Assembly: GCA_002689385.1 (NCBI GenBank)
Contig: NZFX01000015.1
Location: forward strand, 5,847 to 69,846
DNA from: Phycisphaerae bacterium
GTDB taxonomy: Bacteria; Planctomycetota; Phycisphaerae; Phycisphaerales; SM1A02
Direction of reading: 5' to 3'
Length of the DNA: 64,000 nucleotides
The stretch's first letter is position 1. Every line of letters starts with the position of its first letter. Position numbers and translations under genes: made by a program. The notes under the pieces were generated by a model. The model saw only the letters and a list, made by a program, of their open reading frames with translations, did no database searches and was not told the DNA's origin. Shown piece after piece: positions 55,736-64,000 of the stretch.

Positions 55736-55909
55736 ATGGAATCATACGACCGATTAGCTCAACTTGTACAAGACGTAACCGACGATATGGCAAAATGCGA
55801 AGGTGGCAATAAAGCTGCCGGCACTCGCGTACGTAAAGCTATGCAAGATATTAAATCCGCTGCTCAAGATGTGCGCAAGGATGTATTAAATCTTCGCACC
55901 GACGCTTAA
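55736..55909 (+). CDS. Hc1-type histone H1-like nucleoid protein (short)
   Basis: MESYDRLAQLVQDVTDDMAKCEGGNKAAGTRVRKAMQDIKSAAQDVRKDVL. The EGGNKAAGTRVRK core matches my memory of chlamydial Hc1 (EKGNKAAAQRVR). GGAGG lies 8 nt upstream of the ATG. Confidence 0.6.
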   Translation: MESYDRLAQLVQDVTDDMAKCEGGNKAAGTRVRKAMQDIKSAAQDVRKDVLNLRTDA

Positions 55910-55981
55910 TTCAATAGCAAATACAAATTGAATGGGCTCAAGCATTTGCTTGGGCCCATTTCTTTGCTACCCTGCCCACGT

Positions 55982-56455
55982 ATGGCATTTGAACCAATAA
56001 TTGACATTTCGACGATCGACCTTACCTGCATCGCCCTTTCCGAGGAAGAAGTTGGCAAGATTAATCCCCAAGCAGGTGACATGCGGCAACTCAATCATGT
56101 GGCTTGGTTAAGTGATGACAATCAATCAGCCGTCGGCATGCGCTATGTAAAGGATGATGAGTTCTGGGTCGACGGGCACATTCCTGGAAGGCCAATCTAT
56201 CCCGGCGTTCTTATGATCGAAGCCGCTGCCCAAATTAGCAGCATTCTGTATCACTTAAACTCTGAAGGCAATCATTTCATGGGTTTCACAAGATGCGACG
56301 ATTGTTCATTTCGAGGACAGGTTCTACCAGGCGATACCCTCGTGCTCTCATCCATCATTCGAAAGTTCCAACGCCGACGATTCATTTGCGATGCACAGGG
56401 CTTCGTTGATGGCAATTTTGTCTTTGAAGCTAAAATCACTGGCATGATGATGTGA
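55982..56455 (+). CDS. FabZ/FabA-like 3-hydroxyacyl-ACP dehydratase (hotdog fold)
   Basis: DDEFWVDGHIPGRPIYPGVLMIEAAAQ (compare HFP..PVMPGVL.IEA.AQ). 158 aa from ATG 55982. Confidence 0.75.
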   Translation: MAFEPIIDISTIDLTCIALSEEEVGKINPQAGDMRQLNHVAWLSDDNQSAVGMRYVKDDEFWVDGHIPGRPIYPGVLMIEAAAQISSILYHLNSEGNHFMGFTRCDDCSFRGQVLPGDTLVLSSIIRKFQRRRFICDAQGFVDGNFVFEAKITGMMM

Positions 56456-57420
56456 TGGAACCATATCCACTTACGTTTGAACCAATAATAAAAGAGAAAG
56501 TTTGGGGCGGACGCACACTCGAACGATTCGGTAAAAAACTTCCTGATGCCGTTGCAATTGGCGAATCGTGGGAACTTGCTGATTTACCCGAGTCTATACC
56601 TGAAGGCAAATCAGTTATCGCAAACGGCCCTTGTACAGGGCAAACACTTGATTCAAACTTTCCACTTCTTATGAAATACCTGGATGCCTGCGACAATCTT
56701 TCGGTTCAAGTACACCCAAGCGATGCCTACGCAAAAGCTCATCCAGAAGCACATCTCAAAAGCGAAGCTTGGATAATCCTTGACACAACTCCTCAAGGTC
56801 AAATTTATGTTGGTCTGAAAAAAGGCACAACCGAGCAAGCCCTTCGTGCGGCGATTGAGAACGACACTGTCCCTGAGTTACTTCACGCAATCAATGTCAA
56901 AAAAGGCGAATGCTATTATCTACCAAGCGGAACATGTCATGCCCTTGGCGCTGGCGTGCTTGTTGCTGAAGTACAAACACCAAGCGACACAACATTTCGA
57001 GTTTGGGACTGGGGAAGAACGAGTCGCAAAATGCATGTCGATCAAGCTATGGAGTGCATCGACTTCGAAGCCCCGGAGTTACTCTTCATGCAGCCTGAAC
57101 CCTTACAAAGTGGCAATTTTTTAACGACCCATTTTGTTGACACCCCATTCTTTTCGATCGAACGAATTGAATCAACTGCAGACACCTCGCTTGAACTCGT
57201 TGTAGATGACGCCCCCGTCGTGCTTATGATTGTCGAAGGTAATGCGAACATTGAACACTCCGTTTCGGTTGCAGCTCCCATTGGCACTACCGTTTTATTG
57301 CCTGCGGGACTTACAAACGCAACAATGCACATGCCAAAAGGCACTGCTATCCTGCGCTTCGACTTGCCCACCAAAAAACTTCTTGCGAATAATCTACCCA
57401 CAGTAGATAAAACGGCCTGA
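56455..57420 (+). CDS. manA: class I mannose-6-phosphate isomerase
   Basis: MEPYPLTFEPIIKEKVWGGRTLE, LSVQVHPSD, EAWIIL, and cupin YYLPSGTCHALG. The ATG overlaps the upstream stop (TGATG). Confidence 0.85.
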   Translation: MEPYPLTFEPIIKEKVWGGRTLERFGKKLPDAVAIGESWELADLPESIPEGKSVIANGPCTGQTLDSNFPLLMKYLDACDNLSVQVHPSDAYAKAHPEAHLKSEAWIILDTTPQGQIYVGLKKGTTEQALRAAIENDTVPELLHAINVKKGECYYLPSGTCHALGAGVLVAEVQTPSDTTFRVWDWGRTSRKMHVDQAMECIDFEAPELLFMQPEPLQSGNFLTTHFVDTPFFSIERIESTADTSLELVVDDAPVVLMIVEGNANIEHSVSVAAPIGTTVLLPAGLTNATMHMPKGTAILRFDLPTKKLLANNLPTVDKTA

Positions 57421-57444
57421 TTGCTGACAACTACTCGGGACAGA

Positions 57445-57696
57445 TTATGCTTGGATGTCTAGATGTTGACCGGTAGCAATTCGCGTTGCCGCTTCAATGC
57501 AGTCAGCTGTGCGCGTGTAGAGTTGCAAAGGTTGCGCATTTGAAACATTAACGCCATCAAAATCCACTTTGCCAGAAACTTGCCCAGCAACAAGTTGTTG
57601 CACTGGTTGCGCAACCGTCGAGTTCGCAACGTGTGTTACTTTTGGTGCTCCGTACGCTTGCGCGACGGAAAATGGAATTGGACCTTCAACTTGCAT
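57445..57696 (-). CDS. small hypothetical protein (83 aa), faint FlgM-like C-terminus
   Basis: No strong motif. The C-terminal CIEAATRIATGQHLDI vaguely resembles the FlgM ..I..AI..G.Y.VD pattern. Confidence 0.3.
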   Translation of the reverse strand: MQVEGPIPFSVAQAYGAPKVTHVANSTVAQPVQQLVAGQVSGKVDFDGVNVSNAQPLQLYTRTADCIEAATRIATGQHLDIQA

Positions 57697-57746
57697 ACGT
57701 ACAGATTACCTCAAATCGTCACCTAGTCAACTACGCCCAAGAAAAA

Positions 57747-57773
57747 CGGTTGTTGCTCTTCCAGCAACAACCG
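57747..57773 (-). terminator. rho-independent terminator after proS
   Basis: Perfect 10-bp stem cggttgttgc/gcaacaaccg with a 7-nt loop. The minus-sense stem is followed by TTTTTC. Confidence 0.8.
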
Positions 57774-57874
57774 AAATTTTCAGGGACCGCCGCCCACCAT
57801 TGGCGGCTAGTAGGCATCGACAGCCAACCGCCCTCCACTTGAGCCGATAATAGTTTTTTCGAAAAGAAACGTTT

Positions 57875-59392
57875 TTAGTACGATTTAGCCCATAAAACGC
57901 GTTGTTTTGACGGCTTGCCTGTAAAGATGCAGGTGCCTTCTTCGTCATGCCCTTCAATTGGGATACAACGAAGAGTCACTTTCAAATCGCTTTGGATTGT
58001 GTCTTCTATAGCTGGGTCGCCACAAAAATGCGCGTACACAAACCCCGTGCCGTCACCTGCGAAATGGTCATAAAACGCATCTTTAGATTCTATTGTTTTA
58101 GTTGATTCATCGCGGCGAGTAAGTGCACGGTCGAACAAGCCTTGTTGCATTTCATCAAGTATGTCAGTAACTGTCGTTATGAACTCTTCGCGTGGAACTC
58201 CACATTTTTCCTTAGGACTCTTATCACGACGTGCCATAAAAACAGAATCGCTTTCCATGTCACGCGGCCCAACCTCTAAACGAATTGGAACCCCCTTTTT
58301 AATCCAACCCCATGTTTTTTCCCCGCCCCGAATATCGCGGTTGTCAATTTCAACTGTTACGTTTCTACCATGAAAATTCAATACACCTAAATCGTCTGCA
58401 AGTTTGTGGCAGTAATTTAAGATCGCTTCTGGGTCATCAGCTTTAAATGTGATTGGAATAATGACAATGTGCGCCGGCGCAAGACGCGGCGGAATCACCA
58501 TGCCGTCATCATCCGCATGCGTCATAATCAAACCGCCTATCAACCGAGTCGACACACCCCAGCTTGTTGTCCAAGCAAATTCAACTTCTTTGTTATCGTT
58601 CTGGAAAGAAATGTCTTGTGCTTTTGAAAAATTTTGCCCGAGAAAGTGTGACGTACCAGACTGCAACGCTTTGCCATCCTGCATCATCGCTTCTATTGAA
58701 TATGTTTCAACTGCGCCGGGAAACCGTTCACCCTCACTTTTTGCGCCTGTGATAACAGGCATCGCCATTGTGTTCTCTGCAAAATCTTTATAGATGTCGA
58801 GCATCAACAATGTTTCATCAATTGCTTCTTGTTCTGTTACATGCGCAGTATGCCCTTCTTGCCAAAGGAACTCCGCCGTTCGCAAAAACAAACGCGTTCG
58901 CATTTCCCATCGCACAACGTTTGCCCATTGATTGATAAGAAGGGGCAAGTCACGGTACGACTCAACCCATCTGCTGAACATTTCGCCGATGATGGTTTCC
59001 GATGTTGGGCGGACGATAAGCGGTTCTTCAAGTTCACCTGCTGGCTTAAGTTTTCCATCAGCATCAGGCTCAAGGCGATGATGGGTGACAACAGCACATT
59101 CTTTAGCGAAGCCCTCGACATGATCCGCTTCTCGTTGCAGAAAACTTAGTGGTATGAAAAGTGGAAAATAAGCATTCTTGTGACCCGTTGCCTTAAAGCG
59201 GCCGTCGAGGTTTTGTTGGATGTTTTCCCAAAGACCATATCCCCATGGTTTAATCACCATGCATCCCCGTACGGGCGAAGTCTCGGCTAAATCAGCCGCC
59301 TTGATAACTTCTTGGTACCACTGTGGGTAGTCATCCGCTCGAGTTGGAACGATTGCTGTTTTAGGTTTTTTTGCCGTATTTTGTTGTGCCAT
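57875..59392 (-). CDS. proS: prolyl-tRNA synthetase (archaeal/eukaryote-like type, no INS editing domain)
   Basis: 505 aa. YPQWYQEVIKAADLAE.SPVRGCMVIKPWGYGLWENIQ, FRPTSETII, RWEMRTRLFLRTAEFLWQEGHTAH, and C-terminal ..WAKSY. Confidence 0.95.
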   Translation of the reverse strand: MAQQNTAKKPKTAIVPTRADDYPQWYQEVIKAADLAETSPVRGCMVIKPWGYGLWENIQQNLDGRFKATGHKNAYFPLFIPLSFLQREADHVEGFAKECAVVTHHRLEPDADGKLKPAGELEEPLIVRPTSETIIGEMFSRWVESYRDLPLLINQWANVVRWEMRTRLFLRTAEFLWQEGHTAHVTEQEAIDETLLMLDIYKDFAENTMAMPVITGAKSEGERFPGAVETYSIEAMMQDGKALQSGTSHFLGQNFSKAQDISFQNDNKEVEFAWTTSWGVSTRLIGGLIMTHADDDGMVIPPRLAPAHIVIIPITFKADDPEAILNYCHKLADDLGVLNFHGRNVTVEIDNRDIRGGEKTWGWIKKGVPIRLEVGPRDMESDSVFMARRDKSPKEKCGVPREEFITTVTDILDEMQQGLFDRALTRRDESTKTIESKDAFYDHFAGDGTGFVYAHFCGDPAIEDTIQSDLKVTLRCIPIEGHDEEGTCIFTGKPSKQRVLWAKSY

Positions 59393-59420
59393 GATGTGTA
59401 GATTCTATCATGCTCAGACA

Positions 59421-60311
59421 ATGAAGCCTGCCCTATTGAAACTACTTACTGATATCAAAATTAGCCACACTGTTTTCGCAATGCCGTTTGCATTACTTGG
59501 GGCTTTTATGGCTGCAACGAACGATGGTGGAATTCAATGGAACAAATTCGGCTGGCAACTCTTGTTGGTTGTGGCATGTATGTTCTTTGCGCGAAATGTT
59601 GCAATGCTTACAAACCGAATTTTCGATAGCGATATTGATGCAAAAAACCCTAGGACATATAGCCGTGTTATTGCTTCTGGTGAAGTCTCGATCAAAATTG
59701 CTTCTTTCTATGCAGTTGGCAATGCCATTATGTTTATTATCTTTGCAGGTCTCTTTATCCTCTGGGATAATCAATGGCCACTCAACTTATCGGTTCCGGT
59801 GCTCTTGTGTCTTGTAACGTATCCACACCTTAAACGACTTACATGGCTTTGCCATGTATACCTTGGCGCATCGCTTGCATTAAGCCCACTTGCCGCTGCG
59901 ATTGCAATTCAGCCTGACACACTGTTGCATATACCTATCTGGCTTCTTTCGGGTGCGGTACTCTGCTGGGTTGCTGGGTTTGACATTATTTACGCCTTGC
60001 AAGATGTTGAATGCGACAAGCGAGATAATCTTAAAAGTATGCCAGCATCGCTCGGAGTAAAACCAGCAATGGGTATCAGTCAGTTTTTACACTGCATTTG
60101 TGTTGCATTATTGTTTGGAGTCGCCACGACCGAGCAACAGTTTGGCTGGTTATTTCTTACCTCAATTTTTCTGGTTGCGGGATTGCTCATGTACGAACAT
60201 CTCACAGTGAAAAAATGGGGAACAACAAAAATCGCGCTGACGTTTTTCACACTTAATGGTATCGTGAGTCTGGTGCTCGGCGGTGCCGGCATAATTAACT
60301 TGCTAACGTGA
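59421..60311 (+). CDS. UbiA-family aromatic prenyltransferase (4-hydroxybenzoate polyprenyltransferase-like; possible MqnP)
   Basis: FARNVAMLTNRIFDSDIDAKNPRT (N...D...D..N.RT) and YALQDVECDKRDNLKS (second Asp-rich motif). About 8 TM helices. Confidence 0.8.
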   Translation: MKPALLKLLTDIKISHTVFAMPFALLGAFMAATNDGGIQWNKFGWQLLLVVACMFFARNVAMLTNRIFDSDIDAKNPRTYSRVIASGEVSIKIASFYAVGNAIMFIIFAGLFILWDNQWPLNLSVPVLLCLVTYPHLKRLTWLCHVYLGASLALSPLAAAIAIQPDTLLHIPIWLLSGAVLCWVAGFDIIYALQDVECDKRDNLKSMPASLGVKPAMGISQFLHCICVALLFGVATTEQQFGWLFLTSIFLVAGLLMYEHLTVKKWGTTKIALTFFTLNGIVSLVLGGAGIINLLT

Positions 60312-60326
60312 CTGTCACACTGTTTG

Positions 60327-61670
60327 TTACTTCGCTAAGGAGCCCATTGGATCCCAAGGCGAGAGTACAGTAGGCTCTTCATCCCATGCAGCAAGTAACT
60401 CAGGTGACAAGTATTTCTTTTCGATTGCAACTTCAAACATGTATTCGTCAAACCAGGAATCATTCATTGCGTGGAATCCTTTAACGCCGACATTTTCGTC
60501 GCCCCATGAATTTTCGACTCGCCACTTTACGGGGACGCCGTCATGGACATCGACTCCTGTAAACAACATTGCGTGCGTCATGAGTGTTTGGTGATAATTC
60601 AAACGCTGTGCCTTGTCTAATCCAAGGTCAGTTCCGTAAACGCCTTCAAAATCGAAGAGCTCTGCGTCCCAAATGCCGACATCTCGGCGAAACATTTTGC
60701 CGACATCGCAACCCATCCAAACAGGTTTGCCATCTTCGAGCATTTTTTGTGTGAGTGATTTCATCTCAGTCGTATCGAGGTTCAAGTATTTCACTATCTC
60801 GCCATCAACGACGTTGCCTAAACATTCCACTGTGTACGTTGTCATGAGCGGAGAACTATCCCGCGGGTCGTTTACAACGCAAACATATTCATCCAGCGGT
60901 GTTTCGATGTACTCTGTAGCAAACTCTAATGGCGTCATCTCGCCTTTACGATGAAACTTTTTATCTTTGTCTTGCCATTGCCACATAAATGACTTAGGCG
61001 GTGTCCCGAGGTGGATGCACAGTATGCGCCAAACACCAGAAAGGATTTCTTTGCGAACCGATTCCATGTCGGCTCCGGTACAGCGAATTTGTTCTGCACC
61101 GTCGCGAAGTTTCCACTTCAAAATCATATTCATTTTTGCAGTCGAGGACGAGCTTTGTGTTTCTGGCATCACTGTTTTTGGAACGAGCCCATGTTTCTTT
61201 ACGACATTCACAAACATATTCCATTGACCACCGTCGCCAATAGGGTCGCCTAAGAGAAACGCAACCGTCCGGTCATCGACTTCGCAATCTGCCGTGTCGA
61301 TGATGTTTTGCAAAAACCAATTTGCTCGTTCAAACTTGTCCCAGAACATTGCCCAGTTTTGGCTAAACTCAAACTCTTTTACGTTCATCTTATTCATTGC
61401 TGGAACGCGAAGCATATTGAGTGCGGCAAAGAGCCAACATCGCCCTGACTGTTTTTGGTTTGCGACTTTCCATTCGTCTAGACGCGTTGAAAATGTAAAA
61501 TCAGTTCCCTGGACAACATCTCGAACCATCGCGACATCGTCGATGGTTGTTTGCGTCACTGCGTTCTGCGATGCCTTTGCGGATAAATCCTGCTCAAACG
61601 CATCTCGAAATGCTTGTATTGTTTCTGTTGAAATCGGTGTTGTCTGCTGAGTTGTTTCTGTAATTGCCAT
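60327..61670 (-). CDS. pepC: aminopeptidase C / bleomycin hydrolase (peptidase C1B)
   Basis: QKQSGRCWLFAALN (active-site Cys), HAMLFTGVD (His), ENSWG (Asn). Confidence 0.9.
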   Translation of the reverse strand: MAITETTQQTTPISTETIQAFRDAFEQDLSAKASQNAVTQTTIDDVAMVRDVVQGTDFTFSTRLDEWKVANQKQSGRCWLFAALNMLRVPAMNKMNVKEFEFSQNWAMFWDKFERANWFLQNIIDTADCEVDDRTVAFLLGDPIGDGGQWNMFVNVVKKHGLVPKTVMPETQSSSSTAKMNMILKWKLRDGAEQIRCTGADMESVRKEILSGVWRILCIHLGTPPKSFMWQWQDKDKKFHRKGEMTPLEFATEYIETPLDEYVCVVNDPRDSSPLMTTYTVECLGNVVDGEIVKYLNLDTTEMKSLTQKMLEDGKPVWMGCDVGKMFRRDVGIWDAELFDFEGVYGTDLGLDKAQRLNYHQTLMTHAMLFTGVDVHDGVPVKWRVENSWGDENVGVKGFHAMNDSWFDEYMFEVAIEKKYLSPELLAAWDEEPTVLSPWDPMGSLAK

Positions 61671-61707
61671 GCCAGCATTGTAGAATAATTAATTACTCGC
61701 GGGGCAG

Positions 61708-62265
61708 TTAAATATCATAGGAAAATGTTGCTAGTTGCTCAATAAACAACTGTTCTGCTTTTGCATGTTCAAATACGGACCAGTCATCACCTGCATTTTC
61801 ATCTGCATTGTCGCTGATGTATTTGAAACATCGAAATGGCACTTCCAAATCTCGGCAAACCTTTGCAATAGCAAACGCTTCCATGTCAACTAAATGTACC
61901 CCTGCACTTGGAAGTTCGGCCGATTCTGTCATAAAACTATCACCGGAACCACAGACCACTTCTGGTGTTCCAATCAAATGATGCCCCTTTTCGTATGGAG
62001 TTACATACTTATCGAATCCAAGCGGCGAACAATCCATATCCCTCTGCATGAAGCCCGTGCATTCAACAAGTTCTTGCGAATATTCAACTGAAACCGAACC
62101 AGCAGTACCAAAATTTACAACAAGTTCAGGCCTGAGTCCCAAAATCAATTTCATCGCTTGCATCGCAGCATTGACTTTGCCAAGACCGGTCACAAAAACA
62201 TTGCTCTCTTTATAAAGCGTTGGTATTTCTTCTTGAAGTGCTGTGAGAATAATCATGCGATGCAT
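61708..62265 (-). CDS. MTA/SAH nucleosidase-family protein (PNP_UDP_1 fold; possible futalosine hydrolase MqnB)
   Basis: MIILTALQEE...VFVTGLGKVNAA...NFGTAGS...GSGDSF...VDMEAFAIAKVC. Start at ATG 62265 or 62256. Confidence 0.7.
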   Translation of the reverse strand: MHRMIILTALQEEIPTLYKESNVFVTGLGKVNAAMQAMKLILGLRPELVVNFGTAGSVSVEYSQELVECTGFMQRDMDCSPLGFDKYVTPYEKGHHLIGTPEVVCGSGDSFMTESAELPSAGVHLVDMEAFAIAKVCRDLEVPFRCFKYISDNADENAGDDWSVFEHAKAEQLFIEQLATFSYDI

Positions 62266-62289
62266 TCTACCTCTGTTACCATTTGCCAC

Positions 62290-63102
62290 ATGCAAGACTA
62301 TACATGTACTGGAATTTGGATTGGCGGAATCACACTTGGAGCATTATTGTTTGTCGCGGGCCTGCTGCACCTCATCCCACGGCTAGGTGCGCCGGGTAAA
62401 GCACTCTCGAAATGGCTCTGCGTTGCTCCCGGACTTGATCTCCTCGTTGGATTCTTTACAGGGTTGCCACTTGTGCTTGGACCAGTCTTTGGCGGCTGGA
62501 CTGGGCTCGCCACCTCAGTCATCGCCCAAGTTCTCGCCGTCATGATTTGGACGACGTTGCACGGACTTGCACACCCAACGGCAAGAAAAGGCCCACGTAT
62601 CATCAAGTTCTTAAACTCGCTCGTTGGCACTTGGCGAAACTTTATCGCAGTCTGGATCACCGCGTTTGCTGTACCTGTTTTTTTACTCGTGCGTGTTGCC
62701 GAATTGCTCGTCTACCCTTGGCTTGTGTGGCTCATTCGATTTCCAAAGTACAAACAAAGTGATTGGGTTCGTGTGAATCGATTTAAGTTTAAAAACTTAG
62801 TTGGGCACGATCTTATCTGGTGTTTGTACTGCGATTGGATGACTGGCGTTTGGTCGCTTGGGTCTGAGATGCTTCGAAACGTCGAATCGTTCTGGTGCCC
62901 CATTCGTTTTGATAACGAGAAAAAATGTAAAAACTGCAGCGTAGACTTTCCAGATGTATTTAATGGCTGGGTAAATGCTGATGGCTCTATGGAAGAAGTG
63001 GTTGAAGTTCTCAAGGAACATTACGATGAAGCTGAAATCAATGCTTGGTTCGGCCACCCTGCTCGATTGACTGTTGAAGGCAAAAAACCAAAAGACAATT
63101 AA
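62290..63102 (+). CDS. hypothetical membrane protein with C-terminal Cys-rich (CxxC...C...CxxC) soluble domain
   Basis: Four to five TM helices, then WCLYCDWMTG...FWCPIRFDNEKKCKNCSVDF. Start set to ATG 62290 to avoid overlap with the divergent gene. Confidence 0.5.
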   Translation: MQDYTCTGIWIGGITLGALLFVAGLLHLIPRLGAPGKALSKWLCVAPGLDLLVGFFTGLPLVLGPVFGGWTGLATSVIAQVLAVMIWTTLHGLAHPTARKGPRIIKFLNSLVGTWRNFIAVWITAFAVPVFLLVRVAELLVYPWLVWLIRFPKYKQSDWVRVNRFKFKNLVGHDLIWCLYCDWMTGVWSLGSEMLRNVESFWCPIRFDNEKKCKNCSVDFPDVFNGWVNADGSMEEVVEVLKEHYDEAEINAWFGHPARLTVEGKKPKDN

Positions 63103-63161
63103 TCAAACTAGAGTTCGCGACCTATTTCAAGTCGGTTTATCAACCGAGGACTTATAAAAAC

Positions 63162-63185
63162 AGAGCCCTTCTTATGAAGGGCTCT
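63162..63185. terminator. rho-independent terminator between convergent membrane-protein gene and dnaK
   Basis: Perfect 10-bp stem agagcccttc/gaagggctct with loop ttat. The minus-sense stem is followed by GTTTTTAT (serving dnaK). Confidence 0.8.
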
Positions 63186-63239
63186 GCACTTGGAACTTAA
63201 AGTTCCGAGGGAGGGAGGTAAGGTTACAAATGCAAAGGG

Positions 63240-64000
63240 TTACTCTTCATTCACTTCGTATTCAGCATCGATGACATCATCACCGCTGTTGGAACTTCCG
63301 TCAGCACAATCTTCGCCGCCACAACATTCGCCTTCTGTTCCGGCGTCACCACCGGTCGCGTTTGCTGCTGTAGCCTCGTACACGGCCTTGCCGAGTTCTT
63401 CAGCAGAACCAGCGAGTGCAGTAAGTGCTGCTTCGATTGCTTCTTTATCATCGCCCTTAAGTTTTTCTTCAAGGTTAGACAAAGATGACTCAATTGCACC
63501 GCGTGCTTCTTGTGAAATCTTATCGCCGTGCTCATCCATGGACTTCTTGGTCTCATGCATCATCATTTCGGCTTTGTTCTTTGTTTCAACAAGTTCACGT
63601 CGTGCTTTGTCCTCTTCAGCATGTGCTTCTGCATCTTGCTTCATCTTTTCGATTTCATCGTCGTTCAAACCAGAGGAACCCTTGATTTCGATCTGTTGGG
63701 TTTTGCCTGTTGCTTTGTCCGTTGCTGAAACATTCAAGATGCCGTTTGCGTCAATTGCAAACTCCACTTCAATTTGTGGTGTGCCACGAGGTGCTGGTGG
63801 AATGTCCGTGAGGTCAAATCGACCAAGCGAACGGTTATCAGCAGCAAATTCTCGTTCACCTTGAAGGACATGGATAGTAACTGAAGACTGACTGTCTGCA
63901 GCGGTTGAGAACGTCTCCTTCTTGGAAGTTGGAATTGTTGTATTGCGTTCAATCAAACAAGTCATGACGCTACCGAGTGTTTCAACACCAAGTGAGAGTG
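63240..64000 (-). CDS. dnaK: molecular chaperone DnaK, C-terminal part (gene continues beyond window end)
   Basis: ...[99 protein letters not shown].. The frame is open upstream of the track start to position 64000. Confidence 0.95.
   Translation of the reverse strand, partial: LSLGVETLGSVMTCLIERNTTIPTSKKETFSTAADSQSSVTIHVLQGEREFAADNRSLGRFDLTDIPPAPRGTPQIEVEFAIDANGILNVSATDKATGKTQQIEIKGSSGLNDDEIEKMKQDAEAHAEEDKARRELVETKNKAEMMMHETKKSMDEHGDKISQEARGAIESSLSNLEEKLKGDDKEAIEAALTALAGSAEELGKAVYEATAANATGGDAGTEGECCGGEDCADGSSNSGDDVIDAEYEVNEE

Noticed and set aside
63191-63205. ggaacttaaagttcc palindrome near dnaK as a possible CIRCE/HrcA operator
   Set aside because: It lies downstream (3') of dnaK, not in its promoter. 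It does not match the CIRCE consensus TTAGCACTC-N9-GAGTGCTAA.

Overview
This is a 64-kb chromosomal window from a mid-GC bacterium. It is probably a member of the PVC superphylum (Planctomycetota-like). That placement is an inference from an Hc1-type histone-like gene, dockerin/Cys-rich secreted proteins and many lineage-specific secreted hypotheticals. All family calls rest on motifs I recognise by eye in the supplied translations; no searches were run. The ORF track also uses alternative start codons, so several starts were re-set to internal ATGs.

The window is mostly core housekeeping:
- ileS (5' part), mutS, obg-rpmA, and dnaA with a long AT-rich upstream spacer.
- cdaA-cdaR, tyrS and pheS.
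- A complete S10-spc-alpha ribosomal protein supercluster on the minus strand (rpsJ to rplQ, about 22.0-36.2 kb), including secY, infA, rpmJ and rpoA.
- lysS, pfk, plsY, purB, a fabZ-like gene, manA, proS, pepC and dnaK (3' part).

I found no tRNA or rRNA genes, CRISPR arrays, transposases, integrases or recognisable defence systems.

The regions most worth a second look are:
1. 39.8-45.6 kb. Two diverged paralogous Lys-C (Achromobacter protease I)-like secreted endopeptidases carry dockerin-like segments and repeated Cys-rich modules, some Notch/LNR-like. They flank an RCK-gated channel with a non-canonical TVGNLD filter.
2. 13.4-17.1 kb. An orphan FliF/SctJ-like ring-motif membrane protein sits downstream of three co-oriented uncharacterised envelope proteins, with a tandem 27-nt repeat in its upstream region.
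3. A DegT-family aminotransferase-fold protein whose PLP lysine position is alanine.
4. A roughly 35-nt stem-loop element present in near-identical form at two convergent gene junctions 39.6 kb apart.
5. A set of GTGAC-TGTCAC-type palindromes upstream of a GT2 glycosyltransferase operon.

None of these amounts to a demonstrated new system. They are hypotheses.
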